NCBI RefSeq assembly: GCF_009914755.1
Contig: NC_060935.1
DNA from: the human T2T-CHM13v2.0 reference genome, Homo sapiens
Length of the DNA: 64,000 nucleotides
Reading direction: 5' to 3' (one strand)
Shown here: positions 1 through 14,959 of the stretch, piece by piece
How positions within the stretch are numbered: the stretch's first letter is position 1
Layout of the letters: each line of letters begins with the position of its first letter
Notes under the pieces: model-generated
Databases searched by the model: none
Told to the model about the DNA's origin: nothing
What the model saw: the letters and a program-made list of their open reading frames with translations, nothing else
Position numbers and translations under genes: made by a program

Positions 1-461
1 AGTAATGATGTTATCACTATATTGTTGAAAAATCAGGGAAGTATATCTTTACCAATATACATTTTGAAACCTAGCTAGACATTCTTAACAGAACAAAGTC
101 AGAGTATTCATTGGTGGCAAGCTGTTTTGTTTCCTATTTTGAGATTTTTTTCCCCCAGAATTGCATCACTGAATTGTGCTACTTGTACATACATTAGAAC
201 TCCGATTTCCTATCATTTCCTCTTCTAAAAAAGAACTGTTCATTGACTTGATTATAAACATTCAGAAAGCATGTGTTAAAATAAGTTGGACTGTGCATAG
301 ACTGATGAATATATTTTGTTTTGTCTTCATATGTGTTTTGTTATGAAATTTAATTGAAATTGGCCAAATAGCTAATATGAGTAACGTAATAATTTTGTTT
401 TCATTGTTTGGTTTTGCTTTTCCTTGCTTTCTTTGGTTTGCAAACTAAGTGATATCTAATA

Positions 462-769
462 TGGTAGTCCCTCTGTATCTGCAATTTCAGTTACCCACAG
501 TCAGCAAATAAATGAATATAGTACAATAGGTATTTTGAGAGAGAGAGACCATATTTGCATAACTTTATTATTGTGGTATTGTTACAATTATTCTATTTTA
601 TTATTATTTATGTTAATATCTTACTATACCTAATGTATAAATTAAACCTTATCCTAGATATGTATGTTTAGGAAGAAACATAGTATATATAGGGTTTGGC
701 ACCATCCGCAGTCTCAGGCATCCATTGGGGCCTTGGAATGTATTCCCCATGAATAAGAGGGGACTACTG
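462..769. mobile_element. MER44-type (TcMar-Tigger) non-autonomous DNA transposon
   Basis: Terminal inverted repeats ggtagtccctctgtatc ... aataagaggggactactg and internal ttcagttacccacagtca resemble the recalled MER44 consensus. Confidence 0.75.
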
Positions 770-3446
770 AGTCCCCATTTTGCCTTTGAAAATTGCATTG
801 TCTTCTTTCAAATAGTAGTGTATTGCTTGCTATTTGTAGAATGTATGTTTTTAAGTCATTTTGCCCAAGGCATGGGCAAATTTTGTTGTGAGACATTCAG
901 GCTTTTCTTGGACACTTTAGGAAAGCAGAAAAATTATGCAAGATGTTTATTCACATAAAACAATTTTTATTTATGAAAAGCTAATTGATTCAAATGAGTG
1001 TAAAATTTCAAATTTTAGCCTCATTATTGAACAGAACTGGACCAGTTTGTTTTAATAAAGATATGGTTTATGAACACATCAACCATTTTAGAGTAATCAA
1101 TCACAATTTATAGATTTTGAATTACTGTAATTGCACAAAACTTTGGAGGAAATATAATGTGAATTATTTGAAGTCTTCCTAATATATCTCCTTTTCTGCA
1201 TTAATTGAACACAGGGTGTTTGTTCATAGTTATTAATAAAATTTTAGTTTCATCCAAATACTTCAGCCCAACAGTGTCTTACGTTTTGCCTGTTAAAGAT
1301 ATTAAAGAGGGAATTGGGTCATAATAATTTAATTCAGTTAAGGAGTATTCAAAGAACTTCTATATACACAAAACATTGTGCTAATATAATAGTGAGAATG
1401 CCAAAAATACTTGTCCCTGCTTCTACTGTGAGCATTTATTTATTGGAGACTTAAGAGCAAGTGTATTTAACTTTTTTACAGAAGTAACATTTACCACTGA
1501 AGAGATTTTGAGAAGTGACAAAATATCAAGAAGCCACTGTATTGCTTTGCTTTAAAACACTGTAGGTTTTGAAAGAAAGATTTGTACCCTGGCTGTAAGA
1601 CAAACAAAGCCTACAACTAAAAGATTTGGAAGAATTTGGAAATATATACAAAAACTAGTAAACTGTTAGTGAATATGCAAAAAATCAGCTTTAAGTTGAT
1701 AATAATCAGCATTATTAAGTTCCTAATTTAAAGAGAAATAGTCTTTACATCGATATAGAGAAAATCTCCTGACTAGAAAGGAATAACATCGTAAAACATT
1801 TCATTGTGGTGTTTCTATTTCAGTTTTGATCATAGAAGTAATGGAAAACAAAGCAAATATCAGGTGTTGGAAAAAGATAATTTAAGACCTTTCCCAGGAT
1901 TAAAAATAGGCAATCATAGATTCAGATCACTTCAGTCTAACAAATATGTGATCTTTGTCTGCTCTTTGCCAAAGAATGTAAAGGAATGCTTGCACTAGGC
2001 TTTACCTTTTAAGATCGGCTAAGGAGTCATGACAATTACAGGTTTTTATTCCTAAAGCTTTGCCATCTAAGCAGAATTGAACAAGAGGGAAGAGATTAGT
2101 CAGTGACTGATAAAAGTTGAAAATTCTCTTTATCCCAAATCCCACATTTTTTTTTCTGAAGTTCAACTAAGGATTTACTCTCTCCATGAATCACTGTTAG
2201 GTTAACATATCCCAGAGTAGCATTTTCTTTATTTTGATTTTCTGAAGTATATATTTTCCCAAAACTTACATTCTAGATATTTGATATGTGTGTATTTTGT
2301 TTCCTAAAGTAAAAATTCAAAGGAGATTATTTTCTCTATTTCTCTATGTACTGAAATGCTTAGCCTTTACAATTCTAGGCACAATATTAGCATATAAAGT
2401 GCTGTTAAATGAATAGCTGAATAACTGACAAGCTCATCAGTGCAAACAGATAATTAGAAAAATTTAGGACAGATGGTGTTTTTATCTATTTGGGAATCAT
2501 TTTACCTAGAGAATATGTCTTGTTATATGTAAATCAGGTTAAGTTTTAAGAATGTTAGGAATGAATAATTTTTTGGGGGACATACTGATTTATATCAAGG
2601 GCCAGAAGAGTCAGAGCAGTTGTTGGTGTGTGGGTATGTGTGTGGGCGGCGGAGGGAGAGAGACAGAGAGAGGAGCAGGATTGGAAAAGATAATGTAAAG
2701 TTCATATAATGCCCACTTAGGCTTAAAAGTAGAATGTCTTAATTTTCTATGAAAGAAAATTATTTTACTGCTATCATAACACCATTTAAGAGATGTAGTA
2801 GCTGCCAAAAAGCTGATTTTTTCTAGTCGATTTGAGAATTAGCAGGGAATAAGGAAAAGGCAGTCCAAAGAATCAGAGACATGTGGATAAATAATACTTA
2901 TATCTGGAGCTCTTTAATATGACATCTGATTCTTTCCACATCCTGTGAGGTGGCTAAGTGTCATTTGTCTTTCTATAATAGTGAAACTGATGTTCGGAGA
3001 GTAACCTCTACAGGGTCAGGAGCTCCTAGACAAGTACTCCAGAGCCTGAAAATAATTTATTTCCATAAATGTTATTGTGTTCTATTTTGCAAAGTAACAG
3101 AATAAGAGACATTAGTTGCTAACATTCATATACTAGAGTGTTTTGTCAACTGTAGTATCTGTGACAACTTTGCCACTTCCTAACTAGGCTACCATGGGTA
3201 AATTCTCTGTGGGCTTCTGAAGTGTCACTTTTGTAATATTTTAAACTGGGTCTAGCTTGCCTCTTAAGTTCCATTCCAACTCTGCAAAGTAATAATTAAT
3301 TGAATAAAATCATATAAATTCAGTAAAAATGCTAATCCTATATTTGAATTGGAAATACAATTATGAACTCATGATGTTTTTCTTTTAAAAATACATGATT
3401 TCTAAGCTCCAGTCACTAAAACATCCTAGAATTAAAATTATCAATT

Positions 3447-3759
<313 letters not shown>

Positions 3760-3879
3760 TCAATTATTCCTAGCACCCAAATTATGGTCTCTAATACCAT
3801 TTCTCTTGAAAGAAACTAGGAATCATCAGATTAATGACTAATTTCCAGGGCAGGAAATATAAAAGATGAACTTGTATAA

Positions 3880-4900
3880 TAATACTTGTCATACTAGAAA
3901 GGCAGTGAAACTACTGAAGAGACAACTGGGGACGTATCAAAACTCAGGAGCCAACTTAAAAAGTTCCCCCTGAGCGAAGACTGACAATTTGAACACCAAT
4001 GCAGTAGCGATTGCATTGCATTAAAGCACATCATATATGTTTAAACCCACCAGTTCATAATACCATTTTTTAAAAAGAAGGGGTGGTCATTGATCACCTT
4101 TGGAGTGTGCTAGGAAACATTCACTGTTTTGAAAACACATAAAGGGAAATAGGCATTTATCTAGTTTTTCTTATATGAACTGCACCTCATGGTAATAAAA
4201 AAATTGATAAGTGGAAGTTTCTCTTTATAGATATATTCCTGCTTGGAATAAGGAATGATAGATTACCCCTTGTGTAACCTTGAATGAAAAGTGATTATCA
4301 GTGGCCTCTAATAGCCAAAAAAGAGAGACAACCAGACATATGCTGCTTGATGGAAACATCTAGTACCACCTATGCGGTATTTTCCAAACATTGAGTCTGA
4401 GCTCACCTCTAGATCCAGTTTATAGGAATACAAGGAACAGACAGAGCAACGTGATACCATGGGAACGTAACCCAAAAAAGAATATGGGAAACTATTTGGT
4501 ATAGTTTCTTCTGCAAACAAATTGCTAGGAAAAGAGGAGGAAAAGCTTACAGATTTAGGAGACTTAAGAGACATTTCAACAAACTGCAAAGCATAGGCTT
4601 CATTTAAATTATGATTCTAACAGAAAAACTCTTTAAAACAGGAGATGAGATAATGGATGTGTGATGATATTAAGGAATTATTGGTAGTTTTCTACTGTGT
4701 GATAATACATGGTTCTATTTTATTTATAGAGATATATATGTAAATATTTATAGGTGAAATTTTGTAATTGTAAGGTGCTGTTCAAAATACTCCAATGTTT
4801 GGGGCTAGGGAGAGGTTGTAAATAAAACACGATAGGCCATGTGTTTCATTTTGTTGCAGGGGGATGATAGGGGTTCATCATATTAATTTGAAACATTTCA
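3880..4900 (+). mobile_element. Degenerate old LINE-1 (L1MC/L1MD-like) 3' fragments
   Basis: Motifs such as aaaactcaggagccaactt, gacttaagagacatttcaacaaactgcaa and gatgatattaaggaattatt resemble L1MC/MD 3' UTRs; boundaries approximate. Confidence 0.5.
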
Positions 4901-4996
4901 TAATATAATATTAATATGTTTGTTTCCTTGGTTATCTAATAATCTGTTTCCAAATAGTGTATTGCTTTATTTTAAAACAAGTTATTTTTTAAACAG

Positions 4997-5155
4997 GATG
5001 CATGTGGTCCATATTCTCCGGATGAGTGCATCTCTTTGCCTGTTTACACAAGTGCTGAAAGGGATCGTGTGGTTACCAATATTGATGTTCCATGTGGGGG
5101 CAACCAAGACCAGTGGATTCAGTGTGGAGCAGCTCTATTCCTAAAAAATCAGTAG
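4997..5155 (+). CDS. DYNC2H1: Terminal coding exon of cytoplasmic dynein 2 heavy chain 1 (52 codons + TAG)
   Basis: After AG acceptor, phase-0 frame reads DACGPYSPDECISLPVYTSAERDRVVTNIDVPCGGNQDQWIQCGAALFLKNQ* (TAG 5153-5155). Has the dynein heavy chain C-terminal pattern (PVY..R....W...G.AL) and matches the DYNC2H1 C-terminus as I recall it. Confidence 0.93.
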   Translation, partial: DACGPYSPDECISLPVYTSAERDRVVTNIDVPCGGNQDQWIQCGAALFLKNQ

Positions 5156-5530
5156 AATCTAATGACAACAAAAGCCATCTTCACAAAAGGGAACATTGAT
5201 TCTTTAAGCTTTAAATCAAACATGTGGTCAGTCTACATTTGAAATGTTAGTTCAAAATATTAACATATAGTTATGTTGTTGATGTCACTGAAATTTTAAT
5301 GTGTAAAAGCAGCACTGTGCATCTTTTAAAGTAATAAATTAATGGAGTTATTGTTAAAACAGAGTATTCTTTTGACAACATTAAATATTTCTGTGAGAAA
5401 GTTCACTTTTCCAGTGGCTCAAAAATTTGTTTTAGGTCAGAGATTTTAAGTGGTATATTAACCAATAATAAATATTTTGGCTGTCATTTGTGTCATAATT
5501 ATTTAATAAAAGAGCATTCATAATTTTTGC
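5156..5530 (+). terminator. DYNC2H1: DYNC2H1 3' UTR with polyadenylation signals
   Basis: AATAAA at 5333-5338, 5467-5472 and 5505-5510; ATTAAA at 5380-5385; U-rich sequence downstream. Exact cleavage site not determinable from sequence. Confidence 0.75.
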
Positions 5531-5756
5531 AGTCTTCCCATGACTCTTTTTACATACTGAAGAATGTATTATAAAGTTATAATGAATGTATAAAAGTATC
5601 AACATGAATATAATTATACTATGCTAATTATAATATACAAATATATAATTATTGTCATAATTATATACTTATAACTAATATCTTAAGGTAATTCAAATAG
5701 GAATAATTCAGGTGACATAATAATGGAGGATAAATTCTGGTTATTAAACATTCAGC

Positions 5757-6141
<385 letters not shown>

Positions 6142-7479
6142 TGAGTGATAGACATTTTAGTATCCTATGAAGTTTTTTGCAGCTCTATTCTTGCAGCAAA
6201 CAAATTCTAAGAGCTGAGGCTTATATTTTTGATAGTTATTTAAAAAGTCATATCAATGAAAAGTTATATATTTAGAGGAGAAACAAGATAAAATGGAAAA
6301 CATTTTTAGAAAAATATATTTAAATATGTACTTTAAAGGAATATATTTAAATGTATATATTTAAATATATTCTTTTAAAAATATGTTTATAGGGCTTGCT
6401 GTTGACATTACAAGATCAGCTAGGAAGGGAAAAGCATGGACGAATACACATGGAACGTTTTTGTGGGCCGTGTCTGGAAATGTCACGCATCATTATGTTT
6501 ACATTCCATTAGAGAGAACTTAATTACATGGGTATACATAATGTCTAGGGTGGCTGGGAAATGTAGTCAGCTGGGTGCTCAAAAACAGAAGAGGATGGAG
6601 GGCTAGCTAGCTCTTTCTACCACATCCCCATCCAGTGAAAAATTTTAATTCATTACAGAAATGTATTCAGTACAATGACATAAAATTACTTAATAAAGCA
6701 GCATAGGTCTTTAATATGATGCAAACCTCATGTTTATGAATTTTTGCATTAATATTCAGCAAAATAAGCCAGATACTGGCCAGATTCCAGAAATATGAAG
6801 ATAGATAATACAGTCCCTGCTCTTCAGAGATTTAAAAGCTGATCGGACAGTGAAATATGTAAAAACAGTCTCCACACTGTAAATGTTTTAATCTGATATT
6901 AATATTGCTATACCACCAGCTTTTTTGGTTAAATTTGGGAAACAATACATTAAAAATGCCCACATAGAGACAAATCATAGCACAATGAAATAAGAGTTAC
7001 GTGGCACGGTAGCAAAGGGCCGTGGGATTCCAGGGGAAGGAGTAACTAATCAAAAATTATTAGTAACAGTAGGCTTCTTTTTCTCTTTTTAAAAAAACTT
7101 ACTTTGAAAATATTTTACAAAGAATAAATTAATTGCCTTCCTCAAATGAACAAATATTAGATGTTACGGTGTTTGCTTTAGATTTTTTTTTAAATATCAA
7201 ATTTTAAAAATTGTTTCAAAATCAGAGTCCTTCACATTCCCTTCAGCAGAACTTACATTTCTTCCTCCAAAGAGACACCCACTAACCTGTATTTGTTACC
7301 TACACAGTACATGTTTTTAATATATAACCAAAAATAAGGGGAATTTTTTTTAATTAATGGGAGCTGCAAGGAGCCTCTCTAAAGCTTCAGAAGGACACAG
7401 TATGTGAGGTTCTTAATCCATTAGAAGCAACGAACGATAGTTTTCAGTCCTCAGAGACCACAGATGTTGGAATGGCCCC

Positions 7480-7740
7480 AAACAAAATACATCATAGCCA
7501 TGTATTTGGTAAATTCAATATGACAATTTGCAAAATAAAAATCTTGGCTAGCCAGGAATTGAAGGGACTTTTCACAAATAATGGATATCTATGAAAAACC
7601 TATAGTAAAGATCATTTTTAATGAGGAAACAGGGTATTCACTTTAAAATGAACAAGACAAAGCTCATCACTTCTATTCTACACTGTTTGGAGGTCCTAGA
7701 CAGCACAGAATGACAAGAAAAAGGCAGAATTGAAAAGGCA
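7480..7740 (+). mobile_element. Ancient L1 ORF2 fragment
   Basis: atctatgaaaaacctatag...cacttctattctacactgtttggaggtcctag resembles the L1 RT region ([18 protein letters not shown]). Confidence 0.55.
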
Positions 7741-8642
7741 AAGACAAATACAAAAAAATACGTTCAAGGAGAAGAAAATATCAGCATTCACATACTTCTT
7801 CCCATCAGCCCTTTGCGCAGCTTTCGATTTTGGCAAGCTCACACATGTATACATCAAAATAAAAATTTTAAAGGGAAGGAGTTGAAATTTAACTCCCTGT
7901 GTTAAATATTCCTAACCAATAATTATTTGGGGGTTTTATTCGTTATGCTGAGACCTTCTGCTATAATTTCTGAAAAAGATATGAAGACTAAAGAAAATAA
8001 AATTCACTCCAGTTACTTGGGGGCATCTTCTTCCATGTTATTTCTATGTATTTACTTCCATTGTGTCAAAGTCTGGATGAGTTATCATTTCCCACCTATC
8101 TTAGGAAGCTGTGAGCACAAAAGAGCTCTGTCAGGAAGGCGGCTACAGAGCACGCAAAGTGCGAGACTGCATTTGACCTTTGGGAGACACACAAAAAGAA
8201 AATAGTACTATAATACGAAGAATATTTAATTCAATAAAAATCAGTCATTTCACCTCAATTTTGACCCTCTTACACACTAAGCATCTTAAGAGCAGGAAGT
8301 ATACATTTCGTGTTTTTGTTTATGGCACTTGCTTTTACTGGAGCTCAACACACATTTATTGAGTCAGTGACTAAAAATTGTTTCCAGACAACTTAATCAT
8401 CAGATTTGTCTCCCAATGATTTTAGATTGCTCCCAGAATCAAACCCATCCTTAAAGAATGAGTACATTTCCATCATTGAGGATAGTTGGAGAAGGCTTTC
8501 TTCAAAGGTTCTCATGGAAACTTGTAAAAGAAATTTCAAACATCTCAGCAAGGTTGACATCATTGGACTGCGCCTCCATGTGATCACTTTGAAGAAAACA
8601 AATCCTTTGGTTGTATAGTCCTTCAATCAAAAAATCTTTGGG

Positions 8643-9077
<435 letters not shown>

Positions 9078-10988
9078 TTATCAGAGAAAGTTTCATGGAA
9101 GAGGTGGACTTCATGCTGGACCATCAGGGAATCTATAAGGAGTGGACGTGTACCTACCAGGGTCCAAAAGCTCAAACCAGTCCACCTCAGTACATCTGCT
9201 ACCATATATTAAGACTGCAAATTTCACACTGAAAAATAAATGTGCTCCAATAGTTAAGTTATCAATGGAAGGACAGGAAAAATAAACCCAATCTAAGCGG
9301 AGAGAAAAAGTAAGCTTACTGAGAACAACTGTATACCTACAGTGATATTTTCCATGTATGTAAACATGGCTATCAGCTATTTGTTTTTCAAAAATAAAGA
9401 GAAAAACAAGTATCAACCAAAATATTATGCATAACCATTATAAATTCTGATTATACTGTGCCTAAATTTTCCTTCCCCTTTTTTAGTTCCTGAACACCGT
9501 TTCCGAAGGGATTAAGGCAATAGAAACCTAATAAGATAAAAGCAGAGACAAGAAGGTGGAATGTGTTAAGAATCAACACAATAGATAGAAAGATGGTCTT
9601 CAATTTCTCCCTGTTTTCGAAAGTGTATTATTTATTGTTTAGCAAAGTAAGAATAAAGAATAAAACCATGTTTAAGTTTTATGGGAAAATTACAAAGTAA
9701 TGAACACACCAACTTAAACCACATAGAAAAAAATAATGGAATCAAATTACAGCCTAAATGCAAAATTTGATTATTAAAGTCAGTGACACCTGACTTTTAG
9801 AAGTTAGCTTCGTTTCCATTTGAAATTAATCACTATTAAAATAGGAATTTATGCGAATGTAACTGATTCTACTAGCAATGGCGATATGCTTAACAATGGG
9901 GTGGCTGCTCACTGATTTTTAATTTAAAGATGCTTCCCTGCATGTAAAGCACAACTCTATGTTAGTTACTGCTGCTTGTCTCCCAGTGCCCATTCTCCCC
10001 TACCACCACAGTCAGAAAACTTATAATGTTTAACTGAACAAATGCATACTCAGAATAAAAACTGAAATTCCTTATCTCCCTTACATTCAAGTGTGCCATG
10101 TGACTCATTCTGTCAAAGAATGTGAGCACAAATATCCTATGGCAGCTTCCAGGGTCATTCTTTATAGGATGTGGCCCATATACCATTTTCTTTCATCTTC
10201 ATCTCCTCTACTCTGCTGCCTGCAACACTACCATCTTGGACCTCAGTCTCTGAGGACTTTGTCAAACAGATACCACCCTGGACTATTTAACTCTGAATTT
10301 CATTTATACAAGAGAGATTTTTCAACCTTAGATGGGGTGGATAAATGCCAGCTGGCTGGTGGTGTGGACAGACAAGATCTACAGCCCTCAGACAGTCCCT
10401 CCAAAGCCAAGGACGAGACCCAAATATTCCAACTGAACTAGGAACCCTAAGTTAGAGGCACTTTCAACCTGTGCTCTCTAATACAAGTCCCACTTGGCAA
10501 GGGAAAGCAATAATTGTAAACAAAACGGTCTCTCCAGGAACACCGTGTGCACCTTTGGGATGGTACTTTTTACATGGAAGCCAGTCATTAACCTGCCTCC
10601 CTCCCAAAACACTTCCACCTTATAGATGGTCACAGGAGAGCTGCAAGTGTTTAAAGTACCACCAGGAGGCCATTTCTCCCTTAGACCATTTCAGAGATCT
10701 CTCCAAAATGAATCTACCATTGGTTACTTGGTAGAGGTTCGCAAAATAACTGCTTCATTATTTATGTGCCCCTTGTGAGCAGCTTTCCCTGTAACTAAGT
10801 CATCCAATTCAAATAGATGGTATGAAATTTGTTCTTGATTTCAGCTGAAGTGATCAATGACACCACCTCAGCCCTGGAAGGCACTCAGTTCAGCTCCAAC
10901 TCACTGTCTGTGGTTGTTTTGCTATATTTGTGATTCTGGGATAAGCATCTCTGAGATAAATTCTATTTGGTCTTAATATGATAATTTA

Positions 10989-11280
10989 GGCCGGGCGTGG
11001 TGGCTCACACCTGTAATCCTAGCACTTTGGAAGGCCAAGGCAGGCGGATCATGAGATCAGGAGATCGAGACCATCCTGGCTAACATGGTGAAACCCTGTC
11101 TCTACTAAAAATACAAAAAATTAGCCAGGCGCAGTGGTGGGCGCCCGTGGTCCGAACTACTCGGGAGGCCGAGGAAGGAGAATGGTGTGAACCCAGGAGA
11201 CAGAGCTTGCAGTGAGCCAAGGTCGTGCCACTGCACTCCAGCCTGGGCGACAGAGCGAGACTCCGTCTCAAAAAAAAAAA
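10989..11280 (+). mobile_element. AluY SINE
   Basis: Full dimer with gaatggtgtgaaccc/gagcttgcagtgagc; TSD gataattta on both sides. Confidence 0.93.
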
Positions 11281-11909
11281 GATAATTTAAAAAGAAAATG
11301 TTTATAACAAAATGTTAGAAAAAATATTTTGTACTATGTAATACAATATTACTATGTATTACTATGTAATACAAATATTATATTTGTGAATATATGTATG
11401 TATGTAGTATGTATCTCAAATTAGAAAGTGGTACTTTAAAATATTAAATGTTCATTATTTCTGAATAGAGAGATGATAGGTAATTTTTTATTTTGGGCAA
11501 ATTTTTACATTTTTCAAATGCTGTAATGAGGATGTATTGCTTTTATAACCCAAACAAAACACTAGTTTTTAAAAATTAAAGTAAATATAAGCTTAAAAAG
11601 AGCCCATCAAAGTTAGCTTTTCACATTTCAAGACACTTCCCTTCAGAGTTTCTTTATTTGCAAACTTTTCAACGTATTTGTAGCTTGAATTGCTATTGAA
11701 GATGTTAATATACCTCAGCTCTTTGTAACTTCCAGTAAGGGTTTATTGGCATTTATACATAAGAGACATTTGATACAATTATCTTAGACCCAAAAGCAAA
11801 CATGGCACTTCTAACTTGGCACATAGCTGCAATCAGAAATGTCTGCAATTTCACAGTTTAATATCTATAATAATGAGGAAACTGGTGAGTCAGCTCTTAT
11901 ATTGAGGCA

Positions 11910-12060
11910 AGAACCCTAGACTTGGAGTTAGGTCAGCAGCCTGCCAGTCTTAAGCTAGGCCCATCACTTTTGTTGTTCCTTCTGCATTTAGTTTTGTTTA
12001 TGTATAAAATGTGGATTATAATTCTCATTTCCAAGTGCGATTTGAAGATCAAATGAAATT
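11910..12060 (+). mobile_element. MIR fragment
   Basis: MIR core-like tagttttgtttatgtataaaatgtggattataat...gaagatcaaatgaaa. Confidence 0.5.
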
Positions 12061-13164
12061 TAAGGTAGTGTTATATCTTCTTCATGGGACTGATGCAAAT
12101 GTAAAAGCTAAGATTTAAAAAAATTATAAATCACAATTTTGTATAAAATACTATTTAGAAATAAAAATTTAAGTTGAGAACTTTTAAATTACCATGTTCT
12201 CAAGCCTTACATTATCTAGTTTATGATTATGTTTCTAGTGTTAAAGATCCACTTTGTTTTCATAAGATGAACTACAGTTTATTCAAATAGCTGCCATTTG
12301 TAGAATTTTGTTCAAAATCAATACTCTGTATATGACCAATAATAATGATGATGGCTTATATAGTTCTTATTGCATGCTGACATTGGCATTGCTGCAAGCA
12401 ACTGATAGGTAGATACATACATGTTTATCACCACTCACCTCGTTATGTCCATTCCATTGATGAGAAAACTAAGACAGATTACATAGCTAATAAATTGGCA
12501 AAGTGGCAAGAAAGAAAACTCTCTTTCAGCGCCCCCCCCCCTCCACCCAGGAAAGAGCAAAGCGAGCAAAACGGAATTCTCTAACATATATCATTTGGAA
12601 GTTAGTATGCTAAAAGGAATGAGCAGGATTATTCCAGAACCACAAGTTGATCAATTCTTCATCTTGACAAATATTTAGTACAGCAGTGCTTCTGGCAAGA
12701 AGATAAAATGAATTGACAGTGCTAGTCAAAATACTTGTTACATTACATATTTTCATTGAAGAGTCACCTCTATAAAACTTAGGAAGATAATATGGGGGAG
12801 GAATGCTTTGAATTGTGAACTTAGCTCTCAGAACTATCAACTTAGCTTCCTTCACTGCAAACACGCAGCGCTCTCTGCATGCACAGGACTATCCCAGGGG
12901 CCTTGAGGGCTCTCAGATACCCTCATTCTTCACTGTATTATTTATAAAGAACACTGTAAAATATTTCAAACAGACAGATATGTGTAGTGGATATATATAC
13001 TATAAAGAGTAATATAATGAACACTTGTACCTAGCATGCCGCTGAAGAGAGCTTTACCAACAAATACCGTTTAAACTGCCTGATGTATTTTCAGTATCTC
13101 ATTTCCCATTCTCCACCCAGAGGCAACAATTACGCTGAATTTGGTTTGCTTAATTCCCATGGTT

Positions 13165-13616
13165 TGATGGTTATTTTTATGTGTCAACTCAACTGGGCTA
13201 ACGGCTACCCAGATAGCTGGTAAAACATCATTTCTGGGTTTGTCTGTGAGGGTGCGTCTGGAAGAGATTTACATTTGAATCAGTAAACTGAATAAAGATC
13301 TGCCTCTACCAGCATGAGTGGGCCTCATTTAATTTGTTAAGGGCCCAAGCAGTACAGGAAGGCAGAGGGAGGGTGAATTTTCTTTCTTTGCTGGAGCTGG
13401 GCCATTCATCTTTTCCTGCCCTTGAACACTGGAGCTTCCTTGGTTTTCAGGCCTTCACACTCCAGGACTTAAACTAGTCTGTTCCTCTTCCCCTAGTTTC
13501 TGGCCTTGGACTGAATTATACCACTGGCTTTCCTGGTTCTCCAACTTGCAGATGGCATATTGTGGGACTTCTTGGGGTCCATAATGTCATGAGCCAATTC
13601 CCATAATCCTCTCTTA

Positions 13617-13677
<61 letters not shown>

Positions 13678-13713
13678 CCTATTGGTTCTGTTTCTCTAGA
13701 GAACCCTAATACA
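13165..13713 (+). mobile_element. MLT2 (ERVL) solo LTR
   Basis: Starts tgatggttatttttatgtgtcaact..cccagatagctggtaaaacat and ends ttctgtttctctagagaaccctaataca, typical MLT2 termini. Confidence 0.85.
13619..13677. repeat. (CT)n(AT)n compound microsatellite inside MLT2
   Basis: Directly visible tc run followed by ta run. Confidence 0.95.
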
Positions 13714-13816
13714 CCTGGGGAGTGGGTTCTTTCTAGTTTTTCTGAATATGAATGAATCCCTAGACCATATTCTTCTACTTGACAAATATTTGCTTTTAAT
13801 CTTAGACAGGCCCCAT

Positions 13817-14404
13817 TAAGACAAGAATAATACAGGGTGTTTGTGCCTAGAATATTCTAGACAGCAGTTTCACATAACTAGCAAAACGGAAACTGTTGAA
13901 ATAGCTGCATAAGATAGGAACTAATAAGACCCTGAAAAACAGGATGTGGGTCAAGCTGGCTAAGACCAACTGGGCCCAACATGGCACTGGATTTGAGCTA
14001 GGTTTCACCTAGGACCTCATTATACACAAATTAACATACTCAACCACACACCCATCAGCACCATGACAGTTTCAGGAACACCCATATTTGGTGTAAAAAT
14101 GTGTGACACCACAGCTCTGAGAAATCTTTACCTTCTTCCAGAAATCTTCATGAATATTCCATTCCTTGGTTAAAGCAACCCATAGACAGAAACCTCAAAC
14201 CCTATTGTGCATGACTCACTCTCCTGAGTACACCTACAATCCCCTTTCTTGAGTGTGTACTTTAACTTGGCAATAAATCTCCATACTTTCACCATTTTCT
14301 GACTAGTCCTTAAATTCCTTCTTGAGACAGTGTCAAGATCCTGGACACTGGCCAGGGTTGAGGTCCTACCAGCATCTGGGTACCTTGTCTAGCCCACTGG
14401 TATC
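13817..14404 (+). mobile_element. ERV1 solo LTR, MER66-like
   Basis: agacaagaataatacagggtg...cagcagtttcacataactagcaaaa; aataaa near 14273; ends ggtatca. Confidence 0.7.
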
Positions 14405-14614
14405 ACTATCATGTTTGTATGGTTTTTATTTTTATGTAAATTATGTCTTGCTGTACATATTTTATGACTCTTTTTTTCTGTATGAACATATGAATTGACC
14501 ACAATTTATCCAGTTTTCTCTTGATGAATATTTGAATTGTTCTAGTTTCTTACTACTACAAACTATGTGGCTGTAAACAGTAAGTTTCCTGACATGTATT
14601 TACAAGACTTCCTG

Positions 14615-14959
14615 CAGGGGTCCCCAACTCGCAGACCATGGACACATACAGGTCTATTAGGAGCCGAGCTACACAGAAAGAGGTGAGCAGCAGGTGAGTG
14701 AGCATTACCAGCTGAGCTCTGCCTCCTGTCAGATCAGCTGCAACATTAGGTTCTCATAGGAGCATGAACCCTACTGTGAACTGCACCTCTGAGGGGTCTA
14801 GGTTGTGTGTTCCTTATGAGAATCTAATTCCTGATGATCTGAGGTGGAACAGTTTCATCTGAAAACCACCAATCCGTCCCCCACCCCTTAGCCCCAATCC
14901 ATGGAAAAATTATCTTCCACGAAACTGGTTCCTGGTGCCAAAAAGTTTGGGGACCACTG
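14615..14959 (+). mobile_element. MER1B (hAT-Charlie) DNA transposon
   Basis: TIRs caggggtccccaac ... tttggggaccactg; internal gagctctgcctcctgtcagatcagc. Confidence 0.85.

Noticed and set aside
4920-5144. 74-aa ORF overlapping the terminal exon
   Set aside because: Alternative-frame shadow starting at a TTG in the intron; the dynein-like frame begins at the splice acceptor
8393-8626. Overlapping +/- ORFs in unique sequence as a possible processed pseudogene or exon
   Set aside because: No recognisable protein, non-ATG starts, no poly(A)/TSD or convincing splice sites
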